A stretch of 64,000 nucleotides of DNA from Nitrospinota bacterium (GCA_016200345.1 JACQEX010000072.1:7233-71232); one strand, 5' to 3'. Shown: positions 29,011 through 38,461, counted from the stretch's first letter. Translations and numbers: made by a program. Notes: generated from the letters alone by a model not told the origin.

Positions 29011-29283
29011 TTATTTCAGTATGGAGGGGAGGTCGAGCCCGTTGTCGCGCGCGGCCCTGCCCACGGCGACCTTGCAACCCATGACGGCGACCGCGCCGTA
29101 TTTGTCGTGCAACGTTTGAACCAGCGCCTCAAGTTCCTTTATGGTGTAGGCTCCGTTGGAAAGGAGGCCCTCCCCGTTCACCTTCATCTTCATGTCGGAA
29201 AGAATGTCCATCATTCTTTCTTTTCCAAGAATGCCGAACTCCCGTTTGATAACGGTTTCAATCAGGTCTTTATAAGTCGCCAT
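29011..29283 (-). CDS. hypothetical small protein (90 aa) downstream of MBL-fold di-iron-like gene
   Basis: ORF 35 nt downstream of the ODP-like gene on the same strand. No secure family. Confidence 0.45.
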   Translation of the reverse strand: MATYKDLIETVIKREFGILGKERMMDILSDMKMKVNGEGLLSNGAYTIKELEALVQTLHDKYGAVAVMGCKVAVGRAARDNGLDLPSILK

Positions 29284-29318
29284 CGTCGTGTTATTTACCT
29301 TTTTGCCTTGTTGTGTTT

Positions 29319-30059
29319 TTATTCAAAGTAAAATTCGCCGCATTCGCAGTTCTTAAGAATTTCGATGTAGTTCTTCACGTCCTTTTTGGGGATTATGGAG
29401 CCGTGTTGCGGCGCAATCATGTCTATCTCAAATTTGTCCAGCTTGTTGATGGTGTGCCTTAGTATGTGGTTGGAGGGCATGTAGTTCTCGTGCCACGCCT
29501 TCATCGCCTCGGCGTAATGCTCGTTTGCGTAAAGGCTCCAGTCGAAGCTCAGTCCGCCGAAGATGTCGCCCGAAAAAAGAATCTTGGATTTTTCGTCGTA
29601 GGTCATGAACGCCGCCGGGAAATGGAGGAACGGCGCAAAAATGAACCTAAGCGTCCGACCGGACTTGAGCGTAAGCTTCCAGTCGTTCGCGTCCACCCGG
29701 TAAAAATTTGAGATGGTGCCGTAGTAGGCGATGAGGACGGAGGCGCGGGTGTGCGTGCAGATGTCGAAAGCGCCGCCGATGCCGGTCACAAGCTCCTCGA
29801 ACCTCGGTATGGCGGAGCAAAGATCCGGGTCTTGGTGCGTTACGACCACGTGCTTGATTTTGTTCAGGGTGGTCACCTGCAGGGTCTTTTCAAGAACCAT
29901 CGGAAAGTGCGGGACGCTCCCCGGGTCGAAGAAGACGGTTTCGTCCCCGTCGTTTAGTATGTACGGGTTGCACCGGAACCCCGCGGTCGGGTCGTCGAAG
30001 CCGACCCAATATATGCCGTCGGCTATCTCGACTGCCTTCGTCAAATCCGATTTTTTCAT
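29319..30059 (-). CDS. metallo-beta-lactamase-fold protein resembling the di-iron domain of flavodiiron proteins (ODP-like, no flavodoxin domain)
   Basis: MBL fold with VVVTHQDPDL metal motif region. 246 aa, matching stand-alone FprA N-terminal domain proteins. Confidence 0.6.
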   Translation of the reverse strand: MKKSDLTKAVEIADGIYWVGFDDPTAGFRCNPYILNDGDETVFFDPGSVPHFPMVLEKTLQVTTLNKIKHVVVTHQDPDLCSAIPRFEELVTGIGGAFDICTHTRASVLIAYYGTISNFYRVDANDWKLTLKSGRTLRFIFAPFLHFPAAFMTYDEKSKILFSGDIFGGLSFDWSLYANEHYAEAMKAWHENYMPSNHILRHTINKLDKFEIDMIAPQHGSIIPKKDVKNYIEILKNCECGEFYFE

Positions 30060-30150
30060 GTTAGAAAAACCTCCTGTTCGGGCGGGTAATCATTCCGCCC
30101 ATTATCGTAATATAGCCCAGCCGACGCCGCAGACAATTTTTTGCGGAAAC

Positions 30151-30399
30151 CTATTGCGCGGAATCGCCGCGTCCGCCCTTAACGTCCCAATAAAGCGTCC
30201 GCACGGAAAAAAATATTATTGCGCCGAACGCGACCAGCAGAATTAAGGCGTACGGGGATCGCGCCACCTTTTCAAGGTTGTTGTTCAGCAGTATCGCCGC
30301 CGCGTACCCGATTCCGACGAACGCCGCCGAAATCGGGAAAATAAGCGACTCGGCCTTTCTCCAAGCGGAGGAGTTTTCGTCCTTCTTCTCGTCCGCCAT
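30151..30399 (-). CDS. small 2-TM membrane protein (82 aa) directly after radical SAM gene stop
   Basis: Its ATG abuts the TAG of the upstream radical SAM gene (TAGATG). Two hydrophobic helices. Confidence 0.5.
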   Translation of the reverse strand: MADEKKDENSSAWRKAESLIFPISAAFVGIGYAAAILLNNNLEKVARSPYALILLVAFGAIIFFSVRTLYWDVKGGRGDSAQ

Positions 30400-31611
30400 C
30401 TAGCCCTTTGCGGCGTCCGTGATTTTTACCGGCTCGTAGATGCAGTACGGCTCCTCTTCCATGTAGTCGCCGTTTTTTTCGTAGAAGGCGCGCGCACGGC
30501 ACCCCTCGCAGACTTTTTTGTACTCGCAAATTCCGCATTTGCCCTTCAGCGCGTCCGGGTTTCGCAGGTTGGCGAAAACCTCGGAGTAGTCCCACACCTC
30601 TTTGAAGGACTGTTTGTGTATGTTGCCCGCCTCAACGGGAAGGTATCCGCACGGGAACACCTGCCCCTTGTGGGATATGAAGCAGATGGCCGAGCCGGCA
30701 AGGCACCCCTTGGTCATGGCCGCCATTCCGTGCGTTTTCGGGGTTATTTGGATTCCCTCCTCCTTGGCCTTTTGGCGCATTATTCGGAAATAATGCGGGG
30801 CGCACGTCGCCTTCGTCTCTATTTTCTTCTCCTTGCTTATCTCGTAGAACCAGGAGAGCGTCTCCTCGTACACCTGCGGGTCCAGCATCTGGTCCTCGGC
30901 TATCGAGACGCCGCAACCGACCGGCACGAGCATGAAGATGTGCAGGGCCACCGCGCCCAGGTCTATGGCGTTTTGGTAGATTTCCTTAACCTGGTGGATG
31001 TTGTGCTTTGCGATGGTGCAGTTTATCTGCACCGGCATTCCTATCTTTTGAAGCTCCTTCATTCCCCTTATCGCCATGTCGTAGGAGCCCACGAGCTTTC
31101 TCAGCTTGTCGTGCGTCTCGCCTATGCCGTCCAGCGAAATGGAGACGCGCTGAATTCCGGAATCAACGATTTTTTGCGCGACCTCGGCGTTTATCAGTGT
31201 GCCGTTGGTCGCAAGCGCAACGGTAAGCCCCTTGCCCTTGGCGTATTTTGCTATGTCGTATATGTCCGGCCTGTAGAGCGGCTCGCCGCCGGAAAGAACC
31301 AATATGGGGCTTCCGACGTCGAGCAGTCCGTCAATCATTTTGCACGATTCCTCGAAGGTGAGGTCGTCCTTCATCAGCGTATTGGCCACGTCGAGGCGCC
31401 TGCAATGGGCGCACTCCAGGTTGCAACCGGCGGTCGTCTCCCAAAAGACCAGCCTTAGCTGGTTGGCCTTGTTCATCATGTACGAGTGCGATTTGGCGTG
31501 CGCGTCGGGCGCGTCCTTAATGTCCTTGAACGCCTCCTTTATGGTGCCTGGGTGCCCGCCTGGATGTCCCCCCGGATGTCCGCCGGGATGGCCTTTCATT
31601 TTGTCGCTCAT
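30400..31611 (-). CDS. NirJ/AhbC/AhbD-family radical SAM/SPASM enzyme (alternative heme biosynthesis) with N-terminal (GHPGG)x3-4 His-rich tail
   Basis: CNLECAHC radical SAM CxxxCxxC. C-terminal SPASM cysteines (CGICEYKKVCEGCRARAF...PYC). N-terminus MSDKMKGHPGGHPGGHPGGHPG...DAHAKSH. Confidence 0.8.
   Translation of the reverse strand: MSDKMKGHPGGHPGGHPGGHPGTIKEAFKDIKDAPDAHAKSHSYMMNKANQLRLVFWETTAGCNLECAHCRRLDVANTLMKDDLTFEESCKMIDGLLDVGSPILVLSGGEPLYRPDIYDIAKYAKGKGLTVALATNGTLINAEVAQKIVDSGIQRVSISLDGIGETHDKLRKLVGSYDMAIRGMKELQKIGMPVQINCTIAKHNIHQVKEIYQNAIDLGAVALHIFMLVPVGCGVSIAEDQMLDPQVYEETLSWFYEISKEKKIETKATCAPHYFRIMRQKAKEEGIQITPKTHGMAAMTKGCLAGSAICFISHKGQVFPCGYLPVEAGNIHKQSFKEVWDYSEVFANLRNPDALKGKCGICEYKKVCEGCRARAFYEKNGDYMEEEPYCIYEPVKITDAAKG
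31546..31593 (-). repeat. 15-nt tandem repeat encoding (G-H-P-G-G)x3.2 at the N-terminus of the radical SAM gene
   Basis: Plus strand shows ...ggatgtcc(c/g)ccggg... units. Translated on the minus strand as GHPGGHPGGHPGGHPG. Confidence 0.8.
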
Positions 31612-32903
31612 ATTGCCGTCACCGGCGCCTTCTTCTGCAACAGGTGGGCCGGCACGGCGAACTCCTCTCCCTTTGCCTTTAGCGCGGCAAGCTTGTCCTG
31701 GGTCAGCCCTATCTCCTCGTCCGTCAGGTAGCAGGCGGGGTCTGGCGCGAACGGGTCGCTAAAAATCGCGTCCGCCCTAACGCGCATGCTACCGCCGCAG
31801 GCGTTGAGCCATTTGCAGACGGAGCACCTTCCCTTAAGGTGGTCGAGCCTGTTTTTCAGCCCCTTCATAAGCGGGTCGCTTTGGTCGAGCCAAATCTCGC
31901 TGAACGGGCGCTCCTTTACGTTTCCGAAGGAGTAATACTGCCAGAACTGGTCGGCGTGGACGTTGCCGTAGAAATCAATGTTGGAAAAGCTCACGCCGGA
32001 GGAGTACCGCCCGCCGCCGTTCCATTCGAGCATCTTTAGCGTTTCGGCGGCCTTTTCCGGATTTTTCTCCGCCTGCTTCATATATAGGTATACGCCGTCC
32101 ACGTGGTTGTCCACCGTCAGGATGTCCTTTTGAAGGCCGCGCGCGTGGAAATCCGCCGAGCGCTCCAAAATAATGTCCATGGCGTGGCGCGACTCCTCGT
32201 GGGTAAGATCCTCGTTGCTAAGGCCCCTTCCCCTGCCGGAATAGACAAGGTGGTAAAAACAGGCGCGGTTTATCTCCTCGCGCTCGATGAAGTCAAAAAT
32301 TTCGTTTAGGTTTTCGTAGTTGTGGCGCGTGAGCGTTAGCCTAAGGCCGACGCGCTGGTCCACCGCCACGCAGTTTTTAAAGGCCGACATCGCCTTTGCG
32401 AAGGCCCCCGCCTTTCCGCGAAATTTGTCGTTAATCTCCCCGATTCCGTCGAGCGAGATGCCGACGTACACGAAGCCGCTTTCCTTTATTCTCTTGGCCG
32501 TGGCCGGGTCAATCAGCGTCCCGTTGGTCGAGAGGGTGCTTCTTAGCCCCAGCGACCTCGCGTGCGCCACAAGCTCGAACACGTCCGGCCTAATAAGCGG
32601 TTCTCCGCCCGAAAAGAGAAGTGCGGGGCTTTTGAACTGCGCGACGTCGGCGATGACCTCCTTGGCCTGCGCCGTTGTAAGCTCGCCGTCGTATGCTTTG
32701 GCCTCGGAGTCGCTGTAGCAATGGATGCAACTAAGGTTGCAGGTGCGGGTTATGTTCCAAGACACGACCGGCCTACGCTCGCCGGACGCCTTGGGCACGC
32801 TGTGGGCGTGGGGCATTTTTGACATATGCACGGACTGTTTGCCGTACCGTATGGCGTCCCCTTCGTTTTCGATTCCGCAATATAGTTTAGAAATTCCAAT
32901 CAT
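31608..32903 (-). CDS. NirJ/AhbC/AhbD-family radical SAM/SPASM enzyme (alternative heme biosynthesis)
   Basis: CNLSCIHC radical SAM motif, SPASM C-terminus (CSVCKWLNACGGSMRVRA). 4-nt ATGA overlap with the downstream paralog. GGAG SD 8 nt before ATG 32903; alternative internal ATG at 32825. Confidence 0.8.
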   Translation of the reverse strand: MIGISKLYCGIENEGDAIRYGKQSVHMSKMPHAHSVPKASGERRPVVSWNITRTCNLSCIHCYSDSEAKAYDGELTTAQAKEVIADVAQFKSPALLFSGGEPLIRPDVFELVAHARSLGLRSTLSTNGTLIDPATAKRIKESGFVYVGISLDGIGEINDKFRGKAGAFAKAMSAFKNCVAVDQRVGLRLTLTRHNYENLNEIFDFIEREEINRACFYHLVYSGRGRGLSNEDLTHEESRHAMDIILERSADFHARGLQKDILTVDNHVDGVYLYMKQAEKNPEKAAETLKMLEWNGGGRYSSGVSFSNIDFYGNVHADQFWQYYSFGNVKERPFSEIWLDQSDPLMKGLKNRLDHLKGRCSVCKWLNACGGSMRVRADAIFSDPFAPDPACYLTDEEIGLTQDKLAALKAKGEEFAVPAHLLQKKAPVTAI

Positions 32904-33573
32904 GCATGTTTCTCCATGTTAGTAATGTCCGACTCCTCGCAATTTCCGCGAACCCCCATTTTACCTTGAAACCTCGCCCCCCGTAAATCCCCAAAGAGGA
33001 AAATCTTATTATCCACGGCTCGGACGCGAGCGGGCGTGGCGGTCGCACAAAACGCGGCGTCTTTTTTTCTTGAGTTATTATTTTCAACATGATAGTTTAT
33101 CGCCTAGTGAGTAATACCCGCGGACACAGACCGGCGCAAGAGCGTCGCTTTGGAGCGGCGGACTAACCTTTTGGGGGGATTTTTGCGGATGGCAAGCGCC
33201 GTTTTTTCAGCAATCACGCCCTTTCTTTGCGTATTTTTATCGGGGTTGGTCGCGTCGGTTTTAATGTCGGGAAATGTTCGCGGCGTGGGACGGAACCAGT
33301 TTTTGTCGGTAAATAATAGTTTGTTTCAGATAATTACGCTTTCAACATCTCAAAAGCGCTTTTCCATGAACCCGGAGATAAAACGCGGCTTTTATTCGCC
33401 GCAATTCGCCATTTCCACCTCGCCGGGTTTATCTGAATTAACCGCACTCGCCGCGTTCGCGGGCGGGTTCGCGGCATTGAAAACAAACTCCTAAAAACCG
33501 CCGACACTAACCTTTCGTAATCCCGCCGCTTGTTGGCGTTCGCGCCGTTTTTTTACTGGAGGCATTTGAAATT

Positions 33574-35127
33574 ATGAACTCGATATTAATTTACGCGGCA
33601 ATAGCGTTGGGCGGCGTGGCGGTCGGCTGGCTTGTCAGCTGGTTCGTGGAATCGCGAAAGGCGGTGAAATCCACCCAACAGGCGGAGCAGATAATCAAGT
33701 CGGCGAAAAAAGAGGCGGCTGACGTCGTCCGTGACGGCCAGTTGGAGGCGAAGGACACCATCCTGAAGGGGAGGAACGAATTGGCGCGGGAGATCAGGGA
33801 GGCCAAAAGCGACCAGTCCCAGATTGAGCGAAGACTTCAACAACGTCAGAGCCAGATGGACAAAAGAATCGAGCAGGTGGAGCAGAGAGACCGCGAGTTC
33901 CAAGGCAAGGAGAAGGAAGTAAAAAGACTGGCCGACAAGGCGACCGAGGCGGCCTCTAGGTACGATGCGCTTTTGCAGGACCAGCTTAAAAAGCTGGAGT
34001 CAATAGCCGTGATGACGCAATCCGAGGCCAAGGAGGAGCTCAAGACGCGCCTTCTCGACCAGGCGCGCAACGAGTCCGGCATATTGATGAAGAAAATCGA
34101 GGAAGAGGCGACAACCGAGGCGAATCGGAAGGCGCAGAAAATCATCGGCCTGGCCATACAGCGTTGCGCCGCCGACACGGTGGCCGAGTCGTCCGTCTCG
34201 GTAGTGGCCCTTTCGGGTGACGAGATGAAGGGGCGGATAATCGGGCGCGAGGGGCGAAACATAAAGGCTATAGAGCAGGCGACCGGTGTAGACCTGATAA
34301 TAGACGACACGCCAGAGGCGGTCATCCTTTCCTCCTTCGACCCGATAAAGCGCGAGGTTGCGCGCCTTTCGCTTGAGAGGCTCGTGACGGACGGAAGAAT
34401 ACATCCGGCGCGAATAGAGGACGTGGTCAACAAGGTCAAAAAAGACGTCGAACGAACCATCATCGAGGCGGGCGAAAAGGCCGTCATGGAGGTCGGTTGC
34501 GACGCGGTTCATCCTGAGATTTTGCGGCTTTTGGGGCGGCTGAAATTTAGGACCTCGTACTCGCAAAACGTGCTGTTGCATTCCGTCGAGGTGGCGTTCC
34601 TTTGCGGCATGATGGCCTCCGAGCTTGGTTTGGATCCGAAGGTGGCGCGAAGGGCCGGGCTGTTGCACGACATCGGCAAGGCCGTGACGCACGAGATAGA
34701 GGGGCCGCACGCCGCCATCGGCGCGGATTTCGCCCGACGCTACAACGAAAAGCCGATAATCATCAACGCAATCGCGTCTCACCACGAGGACGTGGAGGCC
34801 GAGTCGGTCACGGCCACCTTGGTCGCGGCGGCGGATTCGCTTTCCGCGTCGCGCCCCGGCGCGCGCATAGAGATGCTGGAGGCCTACGTAAAGCGGCTTG
34901 AGCAGTTGGAGGGAATAGCCAACTCCTTTAAAGGGGTGGACAAAACCTTCGTCATGCAGGCCGGCAGGGAGATAAGGGTCAGCGTCATTCCCGAGACGAT
35001 ATCGGACGGCGCGACCTATTTGCTGGCGAAGGACATCGCGAAGAAAATCGAGTCCGAGATGGCGTACCCCGGCGAGATAAAGGTGACGGTCATACGCGAG
35101 ACCCGCGTGACGGAGACAGCGAAGTAA
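33574..35127 (+). CDS. rny: ribonuclease Y
   Basis: N-terminal TM helix, coiled coil, KH domain, HD domain (LLHDIGK). 517 aa. Confidence 0.93.
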   Translation: MNSILIYAAIALGGVAVGWLVSWFVESRKAVKSTQQAEQIIKSAKKEAADVVRDGQLEAKDTILKGRNELAREIREAKSDQSQIERRLQQRQSQMDKRIEQVEQRDREFQGKEKEVKRLADKATEAASRYDALLQDQLKKLESIAVMTQSEAKEELKTRLLDQARNESGILMKKIEEEATTEANRKAQKIIGLAIQRCAADTVAESSVSVVALSGDEMKGRIIGREGRNIKAIEQATGVDLIIDDTPEAVILSSFDPIKREVARLSLERLVTDGRIHPARIEDVVNKVKKDVERTIIEAGEKAVMEVGCDAVHPEILRLLGRLKFRTSYSQNVLLHSVEVAFLCGMMASELGLDPKVARRAGLLHDIGKAVTHEIEGPHAAIGADFARRYNEKPIIINAIASHHEDVEAESVTATLVAAADSLSASRPGARIEMLEAYVKRLEQLEGIANSFKGVDKTFVMQAGREIRVSVIPETISDGATYLLAKDIAKKIESEMAYPGEIKVTVIRETRVTETAK

Positions 35128-35169
35128 ACTTGGGCTTCACAAGGCCGGCATTGCAACTGGAGAAATAGA

Positions 35170-35994
35170 ATGAGGCTTTTGTTTATCGGCGACTGCATCG
35201 GCAGGATAGGGCGCGAGGGGGTTAAATCCCTTTTGCCCAAACTTGTCGAGCTTTACAAGGCGGACTTTGTGGTGCTAAACGGCGAGAACCTCGCGGGCGG
35301 TTTCGGCCTCACGGCCGACACGGTGCACGAGATGTATTCCGCCGGTGTGGACGTAATCACAAGCGGCAACCACATCTGGGACAAAAAGGTCGCCCTTAAA
35401 ATGCTTGACGAGGACGACCGAATCCTAAGGCCCGCCAACTACCCGCCCGGCGTGCCGGGCAGGGGGAGTGCGGTTTACCAAAAAAACGGCCTTTCCATAG
35501 GCGTGGTGAACCTTATCGGAAGGGTGTACATGGATTTTTACGACGACCCGTTCCGCGGCGTCGACGAGGAGCTAAAAAAAATCGCCGGCGAGACAAACCT
35601 TATCTTTGTGGATTTTCACGCCGAGGCTACGTCCGAAAAACAGGCGATGGGCTATTATCTGGACGGGCGTGTGACCGCCGTGATGGGAACCCACACCCAC
35701 GTGCAGACGGCGGACGAAAGATTGCTTTCCAAAAACACCGCGTACATAACCGACGCCGGGATGACGGGGCCGGTTGACTCCGTAATCGGCCTTAACAAGA
35801 AAGAGGCGTTGGACAGGTTCTTCACCAGAATTCCGCACAGGTTCATGGAGGTTCCGAAAGGGGAGGGGGTTTTGTCCGGCGTGCTGGTTGAGGCGGACAA
35901 GGAGACCGGCAGGGCGCGCGCCATCACCCGCGTGTCGTCAAAATTCAACGTCACCACGGAGCCGCCCCCGCAACACCACAAGGGCAGACAGTAA
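35170..35994 (+). CDS. ymdB: YmdB-family 2',3'-cyclic-nucleotide 2'-phosphodiesterase (metallophosphoesterase)
   Basis: MRLLFIGDCIGRIGR...GNHIWD calcineurin-like motifs. Conserved position downstream of rny. Confidence 0.88.
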   Translation: MRLLFIGDCIGRIGREGVKSLLPKLVELYKADFVVLNGENLAGGFGLTADTVHEMYSAGVDVITSGNHIWDKKVALKMLDEDDRILRPANYPPGVPGRGSAVYQKNGLSIGVVNLIGRVYMDFYDDPFRGVDEELKKIAGETNLIFVDFHAEATSEKQAMGYYLDGRVTAVMGTHTHVQTADERLLSKNTAYITDAGMTGPVDSVIGLNKKEALDRFFTRIPHRFMEVPKGEGVLSGVLVEADKETGRARAITRVSSKFNVTTEPPPQHHKGRQ

Positions 35995-36017
35995 CAATAA
36001 TTCTTTTTTACGCGAAG

Positions 36018-36042
36018 ACCCCAACGCACGGGGTAGGTTTTT
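36018..36042 (+). terminator. possible intrinsic terminator after ymdB
   Basis: acccc-aacgcac-ggggt stem-loop followed by aggTTTTT. Confidence 0.35.
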
Positions 36043-36107
36043 CCGCATGGTAGGGGCGAATTTATTCGCCCGCCGGATGGAACGGCGGATAGACTCGCTT
36101 TAAAAGA

Positions 36108-36605
36108 TTATTTTTTCTTCGGCGCGTATTCCTTAAACACCCAGCGTCGCGGTGCCTTTCCATGGGTTTTTCGTAGAATGTTGACCTCCTCGTTGTCCAC
36201 GGCCCCGTCGCAAGCGGGACAGTGGTATCGAATTTCCAAATCGCCGCCGCACTTTTCATGCACCAAAGACATCTCGTGCCCGAAGTGCCGTCCCCCCCAG
36301 TGGATAAAAACCCCCAGAAGAAACTTCAGGCTCTCCCCCTCTTTCGTCAGTCGGTACTCCATTCTGCGCGGATGCTCCTCGTACGTCTTGCGTTTCACCA
36401 GTTTGGCGGCCTCGAGCGTTTTTAGGCGGGAGGAGAGAAGGTTGGGGGATATCCCACCCAGGGCGTCCATAATCTCCTGGTACTTTGTCTTGCCGATTAA
36501 TAGCTCCCTGACTACCAGCAGGGTCCATCTGTCGCCGAATATGTCGAGGCTTTTTGCGACGGGGCAGTTTTGACCGTATGTCCTAACCATGATGTTGACA
36601 ATCAT
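36108..36605 (-). CDS. HxlR-family (MarR-like) transcriptional regulator with Cys-containing C-terminal extension
   Basis: CPVAKSLDIFGDRWTLLVVREL is the HxlR wHTH signature. The extra ~50 aa C-terminus contains HCPAC. Confidence 0.8.
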   Translation of the reverse strand: MIVNIMVRTYGQNCPVAKSLDIFGDRWTLLVVRELLIGKTKYQEIMDALGGISPNLLSSRLKTLEAAKLVKRKTYEEHPRRMEYRLTKEGESLKFLLGVFIHWGGRHFGHEMSLVHEKCGGDLEIRYHCPACDGAVDNEEVNILRKTHGKAPRRWVFKEYAPKKK

Positions 36606-36667
36606 ACCCCGGGACAGTATATTATAAAAGTAGTAACTATCTTTTTAATAGTAACTTTTTAGGAGGC

Positions 36668-37207
36668 ATGATGAAAAAAGGTTTTTTTGTGTTTATTCCG
36701 CTGTTCGCCGTCCTGGCGTGGATTGCGATTCCAGTCGTATTCGCGGGGGACGAACACCGCGGCGCCTCGCATCACGACCACATGGAGGGAGAGGGGGATT
36801 CCGCGGACGGCAAGGTCGAACGGGTGCCGGGCGGAACAGCGCACGAGCACGCTGACCGGAAGGACGGCAGGATCTCGCTGGGACTTTCGCCGATGATGAG
36901 GAGCCACCAGCACGCCGAGATGCGGGAGCACTTTAAGGGGGTTCAAATGATTGTCAAGGGCATTTCTGAGGGGGACTTCGAGACGGCCTCCAAGGCGGCC
37001 CACGAAAAACTGGGGCTCACCCCGGAAGTGGCAAAGATGTGCGACTTGATGCCAAACCAACAATTCCGCGAAATCGGCATCGCCTTCCATAACGCCGGCG
37101 ACGAACTGGGGGAGGTGCTTTTAAAGAGGGACGTTACGTCGTCATTAAAGTCGCTTGAGGCGGTTCTGGCAAAATGCGCCTCCTGCCACGAAAAATTCAG
37201 GCAATAG
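36668..37207 (+). CDS. secreted class II cytochrome c (cytochrome c'-like four-helix bundle) with His-rich N-terminal region
   Basis: Signal peptide. Single CxxCH (CASCHEKF) 6 residues from the C-terminus, as in cytochrome c'/c556. HHDHMEGEGD...HEHADR His-rich stretch. AGGAGG SD. Confidence 0.7.
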   Translation: MMKKGFFVFIPLFAVLAWIAIPVVFAGDEHRGASHHDHMEGEGDSADGKVERVPGGTAHEHADRKDGRISLGLSPMMRSHQHAEMREHFKGVQMIVKGISEGDFETASKAAHEKLGLTPEVAKMCDLMPNQQFREIGIAFHNAGDELGEVLLKRDVTSSLKSLEAVLAKCASCHEKFRQ

Positions 37208-37324
37208 GATAGGAGAATTAACCGCGAAAAGCACGAAAATACACGAAAGGTTTTTTGGTGTTAGTCAAAACATAACCCTCCCTCTTTCGTGTTCTTTCGC
37301 GTTTTTCGTGGTTGTCTTTGTAAG

Positions 37325-37867
37325 TTATTTTGAGGAGATTTTGGAGTCGGGCATTCCCGATTCCTCCGGCTCCTGAACGTCGAACTGTTCCTCGTAGGCC
37401 TCGGCTATGGAGCCGAGCGTCGCGTTGCGTATTTCAGTGTGTCGAACCTGGCCGCCCGACTGCGCTGTGCGCTCCCCTATGATGGCGGCGAGAACGGCCA
37501 CCACGAAAAGGGCCTTGTACAGCGAGGGGTTGACAGTCGCGTTCTTTTTTTGCAGATATAAAATCGCGCAGGAAACCAGTCCCGCGATACATGCGATGAT
37601 TAGGAAAAACAGACCCGCCGTCTCGTGCGCGTGTATGACCTGCTCGGTAACTCCCGGCATTTTTTTGACCAAATCTTCCGCCGACTCGCCTGTGGAGAAC
37701 GTGATGATTGCGAAAATTGCAACCACCACAAACGTCCATACCGCGGCATTTTTTAAGTCCGCGCTCTCATTTTTCAGTCCGAATGCCAGCAGGGGGACCC
37801 CGAATAAGAATCCGATGAAGGGAACGTGGTTGACCATAAGGTGCAAATGACCAAGAAATGAGTCCAT
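37325..37867 (-). CDS. hypothetical integral membrane protein (4 TM)
   Basis: Four hydrophobic helices; acidic C-terminal tail. Confidence 0.55.
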   Translation of the reverse strand: MDSFLGHLHLMVNHVPFIGFLFGVPLLAFGLKNESADLKNAAVWTFVVVAIFAIITFSTGESAEDLVKKMPGVTEQVIHAHETAGLFFLIIACIAGLVSCAILYLQKKNATVNPSLYKALFVVAVLAAIIGERTAQSGGQVRHTEIRNATLGSIAEAYEEQFDVQEPEESGMPDSKISSK

Positions 37868-37888
37868 ACGACCTCCAGAGTTAATTGT

Positions 37889-38461
37889 TTATCCCGGTGT
37901 TCTCCCAGTATACCGCATCACGGTCGCCACTTTAAATTGGAAATTGTAGAGCCTTTTTTCGGCGTCTATGGCGACCGGGATGATGACCGAGAAGGTCTTG
38001 TCCAGATTCGCCGGCGCCTTGTCGTCCTTGAGGTTGAAAAGCGGCTTTATGTACCACGTCCATTGTTCCATCTGCTCCTGGTTGTCCGCCGGAACGATTA
38101 GGTTTTCCTCGTCGGCCCCCGGCGCGATGCTTGTAGGCTTAATTTTGTCCTGGTCCTTGGAGATTGCGGTTTGTTTGTTCGCAACCTTGTGCTTGAATCC
38201 CTCCGGATCCACGTATTGCGCGTCGGGCCATTCCACCTCCACCGGTTTTGCGCCACGGTTGGAGATGAGCACGTTGATTTTCTTTTCCGTGAATTCGAAC
38301 TGAAACCGGAGAGAGGCATCCTCGTATACGCCGTCGTAGTTTTGAACCGGGGATATCATGGCGTAGGACTGGCGGTATTTGTAGGCCGAAAATCCGGCGC
38401 AAGAGACGGCGGAAAAGGCTCCCGCCAAAATGGCCGCGGACAGAATAGATTTCTTTTTCAT
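37889..38461 (-). CDS. hypothetical lipoprotein
   Basis: Signal peptide with lipobox-like ..FSAVSC. Its ATG overlaps the metH stop (ATGA). Confidence 0.6.
   Translation of the reverse strand: MKKKSILSAAILAGAFSAVSCAGFSAYKYRQSYAMISPVQNYDGVYEDASLRFQFEFTEKKINVLISNRGAKPVEVEWPDAQYVDPEGFKHKVANKQTAISKDQDKIKPTSIAPGADEENLIVPADNQEQMEQWTWYIKPLFNLKDDKAPANLDKTFSVIIPVAIDAEKRLYNFQFKVATVMRYTGRTPG

Noticed and set aside
33150-33494. 114 aa ORF inside the long rny upstream intergenic region
   Set aside because: No SD and low-complexity sequence. Kept only as a note within the intergenic-region finding.
36049-36066. Perfect 7-bp hairpin gggcgaa-ttta-ttcgccc downstream of ymdB/hxlR
   Set aside because: No adjacent U/A tract on either strand, so not called as a terminator. 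It could be a protein-binding palindrome.
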